DNA of 64,000 nt from the NCBI RefSeq assembly GCF_964194155.1, contig NC_135890.1, forward strand, positions 33,976,001 through 34,040,000, read 5' to 3'. The notes beneath the pieces are model-generated. The model saw only the letters and a list, made by a program, of their open reading frames with translations, was not told the DNA's origin and ran no database searches. Below, one piece after another: positions 27,607 through 40,117 of the stretch. The stretch's first letter is position 1; every line of letters begins with the position of its first letter. The position numbers and the translations under genes are program-made. The DNA is from Cetorhinus maximus (taxonomy: Eukaryota).

Positions 27607-28608
27607 CTATCCTTTACACGGTCTTCAAATCACTGTAAAAGAACTCAATACCATCTGAAAAGTTAAAATTTTTATTTTAATTGTGATTGATTTCACTGGG
27701 AATATATAATTTAAAAACTTACAGTCCCGCTACATGTTAGGCTAAATATGAGATATGCTGATTGCCTTATTTCCATACAATCAGTGATTATCACAATTAA
27801 CTTCAAACATTACAATTAATCACCTATTAGTGTGGGAGTCATCACACATTGATGGGAGGAACAAAGGGTGTAGTTGGCAGTTGCCAGCGAGAGGAAAAAA
27901 AATCAGCATGGATGAGAGTTATACCAAGTTATACCTGGTACCTTAGTGATTATGTTATTGGACTAATGATCCCCAGGCATGAGTTCAAATCCCATCATGG
28001 TAGCTGGGGAACATAAAATTCACTTAATTAAAGAGGGAATGGTGACCATGAAACTATCAGATTGTCATGAAATCCTCTATGATTTATTAGTGTCCTTTAG
28101 TGAAGCCTTGCTTACTGTTCTATTCAGAAATCCAGGCAATGAAGGATAAAACTGGAGTCTAATCTTGAGAAACTTTTATTTACAGCAATATATATTACAA
28201 ACGTATACTTTCTAACCCCCATCCCTACAGTTTCAGTCTGCTCCTATATTTAGGAGCGCAAGTGAATCCATAGTTAGTGCCCACCACCTGAATGCAATTA
28301 AATACTCAAATACTATACAATTAACATATATCTAAACTGGCCTTGAAATGAATCCAAACCCATAACAATGTGGTTGTCTTTTACTTGCCCTTTGAAATAC
28401 CCTAGCAAGCCACACAGTTGTATCAAATTGCTATGAAAAGGTAAAAATCGGATGACTACTCGGCATCACAGCGTTGTGGGTGTACCTAAACCGCTCCGAC
28501 TGCAGTGGTTCCAAAAGATGGCTCACCACTGCCTCCTCAGGGGCAGTTAAGGTTGCCAGCAACATCCACATCCCATGAACAGATAAAGAAAAACTGCAGG
28601 TTGTAAAC

Positions 28609-28936
28609 TGTGGTAATCTAATGTGTAATATACCTTTAAGAAGAATGTTTATAATAGATCACATGATCTTATCCAATGACAGAGTAGCGCAGGCTACCTC
28701 AGTCAGTAGGGAGTAGTCTAGAGTAAGAGACTGTATTGTAGAGACAGGGTTTTAATTGTAAGTACACAAGTGTAGCTGCTGAGTTCTTTTGTAAATAAAT
28801 AGAATGTGTTCTACATAAGAACTGCTGATCTGCTATGTCTATGATACCAACTCAGTCATGCTGAGACAAGTATGACTGAGTTGGTACCATAAACAACCCA
28901 GATCCATTAGCTAAACTAGTGACCAAGGATCCAACA
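28609..28936 (+). mobile_element. Solo LTR, 328 bp
   Basis: TG...CA termini, perfect 5-bp TSD TAAAC (28604-28608 / 28937-28941), internal AATAAA at ~28794. Confidence 0.8.
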
Positions 28937-29534
28937 TAAACTATGAGAGCTTGTGTGATACCATCTCAACCATTATCAGATTCAAGAGAAAAACATTATC
29001 AGGCTCTTGCTTCTAATATGATTTTAAGGTTCATCAGTAATTTTAAAGCTATGTGGGAGAAGTCACTTTCTATCACTTTACACTAGCATTTCACTAAAAT
29101 TAATGAAGGCAGGAATTTCATCCCCATTGTAACTAGATGTTTGTGTAGTTTTGTCATATGATTCTTTTATAACTCTAAATTTTCTAATTGCATGCATCTG
29201 GCATAGTGTCTACTTTTGGAAGCATATTTTAGTAATTGAGTGTTTGGAGTCCATGATTATTCATCAAATAAAATTAGTAGACAGAAAATTTTGAACTACA
29301 AATGGAGCATTCCTGATATACATTTCTGGCAGTTGAGTTTCTGTGATAAGAAAGCATAATTGTAAATGTTATCCCTAAAAAAATATCATTGTGGCATTGT
29401 GATTTGTTGAGGGAGGTGTGAATTATTCAACAAAACATCCTGCTTCGCCATACCAATTTGCTTTGAGAAACAGATTGCTGTATCAAAAAAAAAGCTTCAT
29501 TGTAATGGTGATGCAAGTAGAACTAGTTGATACC

Positions 29535-29860
29535 ATGAGTTAAGCACACTGTTCCTTCACCTCTAGGGTATGGGTTCAAATCCAGTGCAGACTAATGTTA
29601 CAAAAGTCTCTGTTACCTTCTGGCTATAAGAATCTTTGAAATCATTCTCATTGTTAATTGGCATGGAATCCACAACATAAGCTATCCATGATTTGTCACT
29701 CACTAGCAATCTGACTCCAAGGAACCATAAATACGCCTGGTCTGGGAAATGTCGCACTGCCTACTACCTCCTGTGGCTGGGGGAAGAAAGCGTTTTTGGA
29801 ACAGAGACAAGGGTGCTTTTCTCTGCATCTAATCCACACTGTGCCTGACCTGGGATCATT
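29535..29860 (+). mobile_element. Ancient tRNA-derived SINE resembling LF-SINE
   Basis: ccttcacctctagggtatgggttcaaatccag head and gggaa..gcactgcc 3' motif resemble the LF-SINE consensus as recalled. Confidence 0.45.
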
Positions 29861-30068
29861 GGAAGTTGTCTTTCGAAGGAAATTTGAGGGCGAATTCAGT
29901 TCTATGGGCTTGACAATCTCTCAATATCCTTGACTAATTTCAATTGATTTCCATTAGATAGGCTGCAGTGTTACTTGCTGGTTCCTTAAATGTATATATT
30001 TTTTGAGTTTAATGACTTAAGCAACAGGTTACAATTTTTTATGTTTCCTTGACTGAGAATCTATTTAG

Positions 30069-30292
30069 ACATCGCCCTTCTTCTGGTATTTTTACTCGGT
30101 GCTGCCTCGTGCTCTTGGTTGCAGTTTAATTTTTCTGCCTCTTGGGGCTAGGGACCGGCGGAGTTGGAGGTTACTCTTCCCAACACTTGGTTTCATCTTT
30201 TTATATTCATTCTTACCTCACAAGGAGTTGCGCTTCATAATCTACACTTTTCCTGTCTTGAATGTTGTTGCAGCAATAGGATGCTCATCCAT
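30069..30292 (+). CDS. ALG12: ALG12 coding exon 6
   Basis: 224 nt; [17 protein letters not shown]...[18 protein letters not shown]; donor at|gtaagt. Confidence 0.95.
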
Positions 30293-30859
30293 GTAAGTAC
30301 TCAATGGCGTTGAACTTAAAGAGTCAAGAGTTTAGTTTGACTACTTTTTGTAATGTGAGTGCTTATATAGGTGATTTTAGAGTTTTATTGTAGAGCAAAA
30401 TTACTGTTGCATTACTAGGACTGTTTTATTCGGAGTGTTAAGCCCACATTGGCACCCGCTGTCTGACTGTACAACACTGATAAGTATGTACAAATTTGTT
30501 TCTCCAATAATTCCCCTCCAAGTTTTCCCAACCAAAACAGTAGATGTGTGTCCATTTAATTCAATGCAGAAAGGACAGTGAGTTGGACAGAGAAAGTAAT
30601 TGCAAAGACCTCATTTGGGAATATGCAATGTATTATTTATAGCCTGATTGTATTATTTACATTCTAATTCAGCATTAGTTTCAGGATGGCAAAGTAGTCT
30701 GATTTTTTTTCTTTATATTATAAAAAAGGAACAAGAGACAAATTTTCTGAATTCCATTCTTTGTAAAAACCTGCTCCTAGCAGAATAAAATAACTGCCTG
30801 CATTGTGCTTGTGATGAATTGAGATCCTACCCAGTATCTATTATTGTACAAGGACGTAA

Positions 30860-31935
30860 GTAAAAACATGAAATTAGAGGCAAACGTGAGATATGGGTGA
30901 TTAATTAGATGGAAGGTATGGGATAAAGCTTCCATTCTCTGGTTGGTGGGATGTGATCAGTGGTGTTCACAAGGATCTGTACTAGGGCCTCAGCTTTTCA
31001 CCCTGTGTACCAATGGCTAGGATGAAGCAATAGAAAATATAGTAAGTTTAGCTCTAAATTTGCAGATTACACTAAATTAGGAGACGCTATGTTGCATAGG
31101 GTGGAGCAGCAATTTAGAAAGACAGATGAACTAAGTGAGTGAGTAAAACTGTGGCAGATAGAGTTCAATGTGGGGAAGCAAAAGATCATTCAATTTGGAT
31201 CTGAGGCAAACAAACAGAATATTTTATTAATGGTGAAAAATTTGGGGCTATGGAGAAGCAAAGGAATTTAGATGTCCATGCACACAAATCAGTAAAAGGT
31301 AGTGCACAGGTACAAAATCCATCAAAATGGCTAAAAGAATGCTGACCTTTATCTTGTGGTGGGTGAATAGTGAAGAGGTGATACTTCAGCTATGCAGAGA
31401 CTTGGTCAGACTTCATCTGAGATCCTGCATTGAGTTTTGGTCACCAAACCTTAGGAAATATATACTGGTCTTTGAAGGTACAGCGCAGATTCAATAGAAT
31501 TATACCAGCGCCAAACATTAAATTGTGTATTGGTTACATAACCTTGACTTTTATTTCTGTAAGTATAGAAGGTTGATGGGTGATCTAATCAAGGTGTTCG
31601 AAATGATAAAGAGATTCAATAAGATAGATCTGGTGGAACAATTTTTACCGGTAGGGGATTCCAGAACCAAATAGTATTATCTTAAAATTAGAGCTGAGCC
31701 ATTTAGGACTGAAATCAGTGAAACTTTTTCACACAAAGGATAGAAAAAATCTGGAACTTGGTCTCCCAAAAGGCTGTGGGTTCTGGGTTAGTTGAAATTT
31801 TCAGGACTGAAATAGATAGAGTTCTGCTAAGATTATCAAAGGATATGGAACAAAGACAGGTGAGGGGAGTTTGAGATCAATCATGATTAAACAGGTTTGA
31901 GGATTTGAATAGCCTACTATGCCTGTGTTCCTAAA
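30860..31935 (+). mobile_element. Degenerate CR1 LINE fragment
   Basis: tggtgttc.caaggatctgtactagggcc, aaatttgcagat.acactaaa (FADDTK-like), CR1 3' end. Confidence 0.8.
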
Positions 31936-31990
31936 TAAAATGCCTGGTAAAATCACATCATTAATTATTTGTATTTTTTCTGTTCCACAG

Positions 31991-32160
31991 AATGATCAAT
32001 TACCACAAATCCTTTCTGTATAAGTTAGGATCCTTAGTTGTGATTACACATTTACTGACAAATGCCTGCTACACTGGGATGCTACTGTATGTATCCCACC
32101 ACAACTACGCTGGTGGAGTCGCTATGCAAAAGCTACATGAGACTGTGTCTCCAACAACAG
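31991..32160 (+). CDS. ALG12: ALG12 coding exon 7
   Basis: cacag|...|gtctgt, 170 nt; NYHKSFLYK...[15 protein letters not shown]. Confidence 0.93.
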
Positions 32161-34733
32161 GTCTGTTACCTAGCTATGATAACACATCTTGACAAGTAAA
32201 CCAGCTTGCGAAACCCATTGTACAAATGCAGGATGTGTAAAGTGACTGGGGAAGATCCCTACAATTGCTTACTCATGTTTAAATTTTCAGTACATGCCCA
32301 GGTGACCATGGCATATGAGCATGTGGTGTCCACAAGTTCACTACCTATTTTCCAGGATCAGCAGACACTGCAGGATATTTAATTTTACAGTTGTGTTGTG
32401 TAAAAATAAGTCCATGGGTGATGACTTTTAGTTAGGATAGGTTGTCCGTCTACAATAGCAGTGTCTTCCTTTTAGGGAGTGCATGACTTGGCAACCTTTG
32501 CAAACTAAGAGAAAGGTATACCATAATATAAGTTTGATTGTGGTAAGATTGATATTACAACATTAATGTACATTTACAGAAATTGTGCTCTTTACACTCC
32601 TGTCCACGTTCTTTGTTCTTACACCTGAGCTTTGAATGTCAAAGTAATTCATAGTCAGTCAAAGGTGAAATTATACAATTCAAGTCTTACCTTCAAAAAA
32701 TCTTGAGGCAGAACTACACAGGTAGTAATGTTTAATCATTAGAAAAGAAAGAATTGTTAGGTTTTAATAGTGCATTTAAGTTAGAAATAAAATTAAATGT
32801 TAAAACAAAAGGAAATGGAGGGAAAATAATGAGGGGGTAAACTGAAGAAGGGGCTAATTTCATTTTTATTGGTGTTTTTATTTTAGTTGTTTTGGTAATA
32901 TTACAATAATATTACATTGCTGGAGAACTCGGGTTTGTTCTAGTGTCACGATTCACAAAAAATAAAAACAGGCCAGCACAGTAAGCTTTCAATTCCTTGG
33001 AACTGCTGGCAATCTAAGGGCTATGTATTATGTCAGAACGGTCATTGACAAACATTCGGTATTACCTATTCATAAACCAACTATTTGCATGCTGTCACCA
33101 AGAATTAGAGCATGGCAGCGTAGGCAAAACAAGCGCTGGATGACATTTACATGCATACTTGCACTTCCATTGTTTTCTGTAGGAGGACAAGCAACAATAT
33201 AAGCTGTCACTTCAATTATATCAACAAAGAAATTGAAGAGCACCAGCCCACAAATACAATGAATACATAATCAAACTGCAATAAATTCCTGTTATTGGAA
33301 AGCTCATCCACTGAGATAGAGTTCCAAGAATTTGGACAGATGATACATCTGTTACACAACATCTGAGTGTTTTCTTTATTGTTTTGGCTAATCAACTTCT
33401 AACAAGCTCACTGGAGTGAAACACTGAGCAGAATCTTAAGAATTTAAAGGCAGTGATTTTCTGGAATGAGCCATTATATCACTTGGAATCTGTCACAACT
33501 TCATATAGTTACATTAATTAATTTTAGCTTTGGATTCTTTTGTATGTGATTTTAGCTATGAAATAATTTTTTGGTTATTATAGCTAAAAAAGCATGGCAT
33601 TATTTTTATTTTTCACATTTTCCTGATCATTGGGAACCATTGATGGATGCTAATGCCTTGTTGGCATGATTTGCACATTAGTTAGTACGCAAGCTGATTT
33701 TCCTTGGTCATTCAAAGGTTTCTAGGTGAGGGGTTAGGCAAGTGATCTGTTGTTGTTGTTGTTGTTGTGCTGGCACCATTATGAGGCTGGCCAGTAGGAG
33801 GTGTGCAAGAGTAAACGTGATTTTCCTTTGTCTCTTTATTTTACATTCCTACTCCTCTCTGGCTGAGAGTGAGATCAGATACTTCTTGTGGCAGGTCATT
33901 TACATTCTCAGTAATATAATGACTGAGTTGCAGGTTTAACTATCAAGGTCTGAGGAAATATCTTTATCGGAAACATTTCTACAACAATTGAATGCATATA
34001 GGAAGGTCCTTTTGATCTACATCAATTGCAGCCACCTTTATGATTTATATTGTTGTGGCTGTTAATTTTATCAGTCACATAACTGAAGTTTCATAATTCA
34101 ATGTTCAATCATAACATGCTGATGGTTTAGTGAAGACTTTTACACGCAGTTATGCAGATGGTCTCCAGGCTTCTGCAGTTTTAGAAAGACACCTGCATAC
34201 ATTTCCCATTCACTGTTTCATAGTTGACTGTTCACCGTGTCCACATGGATCATTGTTTCCGCATATCACCACTATCATCTTCACATCAGACAGGGCACCC
34301 CATTGGTTCCTTGGTAAGTCTCACCCAGTCAGCAAGTCTTCATATGAAGCTTCAGTGATCTAGCCTGCATGTCATGCCTTGCATGTCAGTATATACAACA
34401 TTTATTTGAACTCCCAGTTTTTAATGCTTAGTATTGCATACTTAATACAACATGATCATTCTACCTATCCTTACAGTTAATTACCCTTCACATCTTAATA
34501 TTTCCTTTAGTCTTAAATTATTTTGTCTCTTGCAACATATTTATTATGACTTGGTGACTTATATTGTTTTTAAAACACAGTTTGTTCTATTTCCTCTACA
34601 TTATGATTTGATGAAATGATCACATATTGGAAGCAGAGTGTTGCTTAATAACAATTCTTACAAAATATTCACTTGAAAATAGTTTAAGAGAGAATATTTC
34701 CTGTATCATTCCCACCTTAATCTTTCCCTCCAG

Positions 34734-34809
34734 CTGTTTCAGTGCACATTGATGTTGCTTCTGCACAGACTGGTGTTACTCGATTCCTTGAACTCAATCC
34801 AAGTTGGAG
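34734..34809 (+). CDS. ALG12: ALG12 coding exon 8
   Basis: tccag|...|gtaagt, 76 nt; [24 protein letters not shown]. Confidence 0.94.
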
Positions 34810-36253
34810 GTAAGTTATTTCCTAATGGATACGCTTTTGGTATTAACTGGAATTTTTAATGAAACAAATGCATATCCTTACTTGAAATAATGTCTTTATA
34901 GTGCATTAATTACCTCCCCCCATCCTTTTGTTCTCTAGTTCCCCTCCATTTCTTTTCATTTGTATTCTATTTTGTCTGTTTTTCTTTACCTTTAATGAAA
35001 CAGCTCAAACCAATTATCGAACAAATGTCTAATGTAACTGCCCATATCATAATCAGTAAATATTTGTGTGTGATGTTGCAAATGAAAATTTTATACAATT
35101 CTTTTCAATAGAAAATTGAAGGTCCAAATCCTGGGTGGCAGCGAAGATACATTCAGCATCAGTGCATCAATGTCCCTAATTTTCATGCTTTGTGGGGTGG
35201 GGGTGGGAGAGAGAGATTACATAAGAATAGGAGTGGGAGATTCAGCCCCTCAAGCCTGTTCCACCATTCAGTTCAATCATGCCTGATTTGTATCTTGACT
35301 CCATCTATCTGCCTTGTTTCTGCAACCCTTATTCTCAGTTTTGAAACTTTCAGTTGACAGAGCCTCAACTTTTTCTGGGGTAGTTCCAGATTTCTACTGC
35401 CCTTTGTGTGGAGAAGTTGTATTCTGACACCACCCTGAATGGCCTAGCTCAAATAAGGTAGATACAGAGGAATAATTTCTACTGGTGGTGGGATCCAGAA
35501 CAAAATGGTATAATTTTAAAATTAGAGCTAGGCAATTGAGGAGTGAAATCAGGAAACACTTTTTCCACACAAAGGGTTCAATGACCCAGCCTCCTCTGCT
35601 TTCTGTGGAACAGAAAGCCACAGACTAACGGCCCTCAGAGAAAAAGTTTCTCCTCATCTCCATCTTAAAAGGGAGACCACTTATCCCTAAACTGCGTCCC
35701 CTGGTTCTCGTCTTTCCAATGGGTGATGGATCAATATTGAAAAAAGTGAATGGATAATGGGACTGTGAGCCGGCACAAGTAGAGGGGGGTTCAAATAGGC
35801 TGCTCCTCTGCTTTAAGATTCAGTGGGCCATTTTTGTTACGGGCAGACAACAGCTAGTTGTGAATTGGCTGCCTATTATTCACTCCATCCAATTTTTGAA
35901 GACAACAGAAAGAGAAAATTGGGTGAAGCGTACAATGCGTGGCTGATCCATAACTGCCAGTGCTGGAGGTGAAGATTATCCCCTGTGATTCTGAATTGGA
36001 ATGGTAAATGATATGGTACTCATTTTTTTTACTATTAACAGTACCTCTGAATAATTAACAGAACAGAATCCATGATGTTTGTGAATATTGTCTTTGCTGG
36101 GAAGAAAAAAAAATGGCTTATGACTAGAAGTCTTTAAAATCAACATCTTGATCTGGACTTAAGAAAATTCAAAAAGCCTGGCTTAGATGTGTTTACTAGT
36201 ATTTCAGTATGAAAAGGTTGTCAGTTTGGTTTTTTTTTCCTTTTGATATACAG

Positions 36254-36500
36254 GTATGACAAGAGGGAAGATCTTAAACCAGATGTTGGAAGTACTGCAC
36301 ATACACACTACCTGATGGAAATGAATCCAGTATATATATTGCAGTATAGAAACACCCATAGGATAATGTTTAATATTTCTGGTTTTAGTGGAATTGGGTT
36401 TAACATATCTCAACTCCCTCCATTTTATATTAAAACTGAGACAAAATTAGTAGTATTAGAAAAAATATACACACACAATGAAAATATGAGAAAAGGATAA
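36254..36500 (+). CDS. ALG12: ALG12 last coding exon
   Basis: tacag| (R)YDKREDL...KLVVLEK...NMRKG*. The nine exons sum to 1488 nt (495 aa + stop) in frame. AATAAA at 36798-36803 is a candidate poly(A) signal. Confidence 0.93.
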
Positions 36501-37099
36501 AAATTATCCAGCCCATTCCACTATTCTGTTCAATATTTAAGACTCCCAGACATCTTGCTAGTTCCCATTTATTCAACAATGTTTTATTCATGCTCGATCA
36601 AAATCTTAATTGTGCTAAATGGGTACCAATGGAATAAGATAACTATGTGAGGATTTTGCTCTTTAACTTGTCAAGCTAGAACACATGAAATAGTCTAATT
36701 TACTCATTTACTTCTGGTTTTACTCAGAATTTCTACACCTACCCAGTTTCCTTCCTGATTTTAAAACCTGAATCACATCCTTCCTTGTCAGTTTTACAAT
36801 AAACAGCATGTGATAAGAAATCTGCTTCTACGTTTTCCAGCCCGTAATTTTCTAACCATTGAAGTGAATATGCAGAAAATGACCTGCTGATGAGTACAGG
36901 AGTAGAATTTTAATCACTATGTCTTTCAGAATGTCAGCATTTACTGCACAGTATAACTTCATGATAGTTATGCATTGCTGTTGTACAAATTTTGCACATA
37001 AGACAGCTTGATTTGTTTACCTGCCGAATCACACTTCTGGTCTATTGGATGAATTTGAAATGATACAACTTTCAGTGTAGCTGAAATTACCAGGAACTT

Positions 37100-39780
37100 T
37101 TAAAGTTGTTTTGGAGTTATAGGATTAAATAAATTGGAGTAAATTGATCCTCTGACTTATTGGTAAAGATGGTCAAATCTTGCACTGAAACTAGAAGCTA
37201 ATGTAGCATAGACCTGGCCTGCAAATACGGGTCTCAACTTCTGTCAACTCATTCCTATTTGAGGTTATATATTTCTTACTCATTGCATTGTCCTGTTTGA
37301 ATTTTGAACGTATGGAGTTTGAGAAGGGCTTGTTACTTCAGTGGTGGATAAATTCTAAATCAAAATAATGTTATCCTCAGTAGCTTATATAAATGGAAAC
37401 ACGGGTTTCAACTTCATAAGTAACCCTCGAAACACCATCCCATACACCTCAGACATGTACCAATAAATGTAACAATTCGCTACATACATTTGAGACAGTA
37501 AGCTTCTGTCACAGGAACAAAAAGCAAGTTATTTTGACAATCTGCATATGTAAAGTTTTTTTTAAAGAGTCACTTGGATGGAAATCAATCATTGCTATAG
37601 TCACTGCACATAATCTCTCAGAAAATCACGGGAAAATAGTTATCAGGGTCCAAGTTTTAAAAGGCTTTTCTATTTGATTTTTTTTACTGTTGCGAAGCAG
37701 ACTTGGTCCTTTTTCAAGAAAACTAAATCTCCTGGAGAGAGCATGTTATTATCTACTGTTCATCTATTATGGCATCCACATAATTTGATATTTTCACAAT
37801 GATAAATTTGCAGTAATTATGTGTAAGTTGATTACAGTGCCTGTATTTATTTTAAACAGAGACTTTCAGTTGAACATCTCTGTAACGGAATACAATGCCA
37901 GTATTTACATGTGGGATCTTTCCTAGCGCAACAAGATTATTAAAGTTGACTTATTTGTACGAGGTTCTAGCTGTTCTCTCTTCAACTCTAACCAACAAAT
38001 TCCACAACTCATTACTTCTAGAACTTTCTACAAAGCTATCCTCTCCAATTTTATGTATTTTAGGGATATTCATTCACACACTTTCCGAACAACACTGAGG
38101 TTCTGAACCATTATCTGTATCTTAAACCATCAGTTATATTAATACAATGAGCAAAACAGTGAACAACTGCAGGTCCACTCCCTTTAGTGTTTTCAATACA
38201 TTTTGCACCCTATCGGCAACCGTGAAACCAATATCAAGTCCAGATGAGTTGATCCAAACTGACCATAAGGATTCCAAATGCTTCTAGATGTTTATACCCT
38301 GTGGTCGCAGTCAATCTGTGACACATTTAACAAAGTAGAACAGTAATAATCTTTCTGACTTGGTGAACACATAGAAGAATCAAATGTGACCCAGTGAGCT
38401 GTTATTTACTCGTTTCCTAATTTTGTTGCTCATCCATACACCAGTGTAAAATATGCTATTCTGCTCTTGGTTTCTTTCAGATTTAAAGCTATAGTTCCCT
38501 TCACACAATCAAGCATTCTTGGTCCAGCAATCCTAGAGAAGATGGCTATGGTATAGAATATTGTAGCTGTAAATATGATTGCAACTTATTAAACCCAACA
38601 TTCTCAGAACAGAAAATGGTTGGAGACCGAATGCGATCATTTCAGCAATTATGCTTATGTTTTTGGCACTTAGCGGAGAAATCCATACCTTACTGTTCTC
38701 AGAGGCTGCTGCTCTAAGTTGAGTTTCAAATGGCACCTCAAACAGGATGAAGGTGAAAATGAAACATCTGATATATCAACATTAGGCACAGGCACATGAT
38801 GAAGTGGTTGAAGATGTGGAAACAAATGTAGTCAGGAGAGCAGTTTGCTTTCCTGAATTGATTGTATAGTTACAGTGGGTGTTCATTATTTTGGTGAGGT
38901 CTGCAGAACATCAAGAAAAATATTTTCATAATTTTGATATTAGCAATAAGTGCAGCAAGTTGTTTTATTGTTGTGACAAATGAAAAGTTCAGCTGTTTGT
39001 TCCATAGATGACAACATAAAAATAGATTTATTTGTGGCCAAATGTTCTGAACCAGATGGTAAGAAGGACACAGAGCAGGTATCTGAGCGAGATGTTTCTC
39101 AGGTAAGATCTTTCCCTTGCTTAAGACCAGAAGCATGGTACTAATACGGGTGTCTCAAACATATACCAAGATTATCCCTTTTCTTTCCTCTGCTTATCAC
39201 GCAGTGACAATGCATACACACTGCCTTTGTACAGTCTAATAGGAACACAGTAAAATGACACCAAGCTCCGGAGGTTCGTGGCCTTGATATTTTTTGAGTA
39301 GTAGGTTCAAATGCCCAATGAAGTTGTAGAGATTGCAGGGTAAGACAAAAACGTTGGTGAAATAGATAGAGTTGGTGAACTTGCAGCATTGCCACAACCG
39401 TGTATAACTACAGATGGTTGAGACTGACTTAGATGCCTCATTAGGCAACTCATTCAAGATCTGACTATTTCTTATCGATGTTAAATGCATGATTGCAATG
39501 CGTGGAAATCACTTTGGTAATATTTGTAGTGGACATAATAAAATAATTTCGTACAGCTATTTCTCTTTTGGAACCTCCAGCGCTAATAGGTGGAATAGAA
39601 ATAACACGTGTATCAATAATAAAAAAATAGAGGGGGGTTTGTTGAGGTTGTAAATTAATGAATTATTTTGTTTGTCATCAATAGTTCTTTGATTTTCTTC
39701 CTTCTGATCTTCTTCATCACTGCCTTTACTATTAGTGAAATTTTACCAGTTACTTTGGCTGACCATGATATTTGCAGTTT
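37100..39780 (-). pseudogene. ZBED4: ZBED4 relic (domesticated hAT transposase with BED zinc fingers), disrupted by frameshifts and stops
   Basis: Colinear minus-strand fragments in shifting frames: GSKREIAVRNYF..TKVISTHC (~39460-39590); SGAWCHFTVFLLDCTKAVCMHCHCVISRGKKRDNLGICLRH (39141-39290); CSADLTKIMNTHCNYTINSGK (~38830-38915); AKNISIIAEMIAFGLQPFS; [15 protein letters not shown]; [43 protein letters not shown] (TAG at 38284-38286). Position and strand match ZBED4 between ALG12 and BRD1. Ends are approximate. Confidence 0.88.
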
Positions 39781-40117
39781 TACAATCAAAGTAGTTTAGT
39801 ACAGTACCAAACAAGATAAAAGTCATTTCACATGTTTACCTTTAAAGGCATTAAAACAAGTCTAAGTTTCTTGTAAAATAAAGCAGTATCTTCAGAACTT
39901 CATCAACCATATATTAAGTTCCCCACCCCCAATTTCATAAAAAAAATGAAATATAAAATCATATTCCTTCAATAATTGTGGTTACACACTAATGTATATA
40001 TCAAAAGCAGAATATTTTGTTCTATAACAATATTCAAACAGGAGTAAATCCCAAAACGTCACAAGTTCCAAGTTATTTGCATTAAAATCTAGATAAAGCA
40101 ACTTCCTGAAACTTAAT

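Larger units (their letters stand above)
27607..30068 (+). other. ALG12: U12-type (minor spliceosome) intron of ALG12 with CT...AG termini
   Basis: 5' site CTATCCTTT (consensus RTATCCTTT). Branch site TTCCTTGAC at ~30045-30053, 16 nt before AG (30067-30068), with no long polypyrimidine tract. This junction yields the conserved in-frame [10 protein letters not shown]. Confidence 0.85.

Noticed and set aside
28116-28326. Second solo LTR inside an HE1 SINE
   Set aside because: TG...CA ends are present but the flanks (cttac/tatat) give no TSD; not enough support.
33742-33939. Poly-Cys peptide (ICCCCCCC)
   Set aside because: Translation of a (TGT)n microsatellite in an ALG12 intron.
37100-39780. 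Autonomous hAT transposon insertion
   Set aside because: No TIRs or 8-bp TSD seen; multiple ZBED4-type BED fingers and exact synteny favour a decayed host gene.
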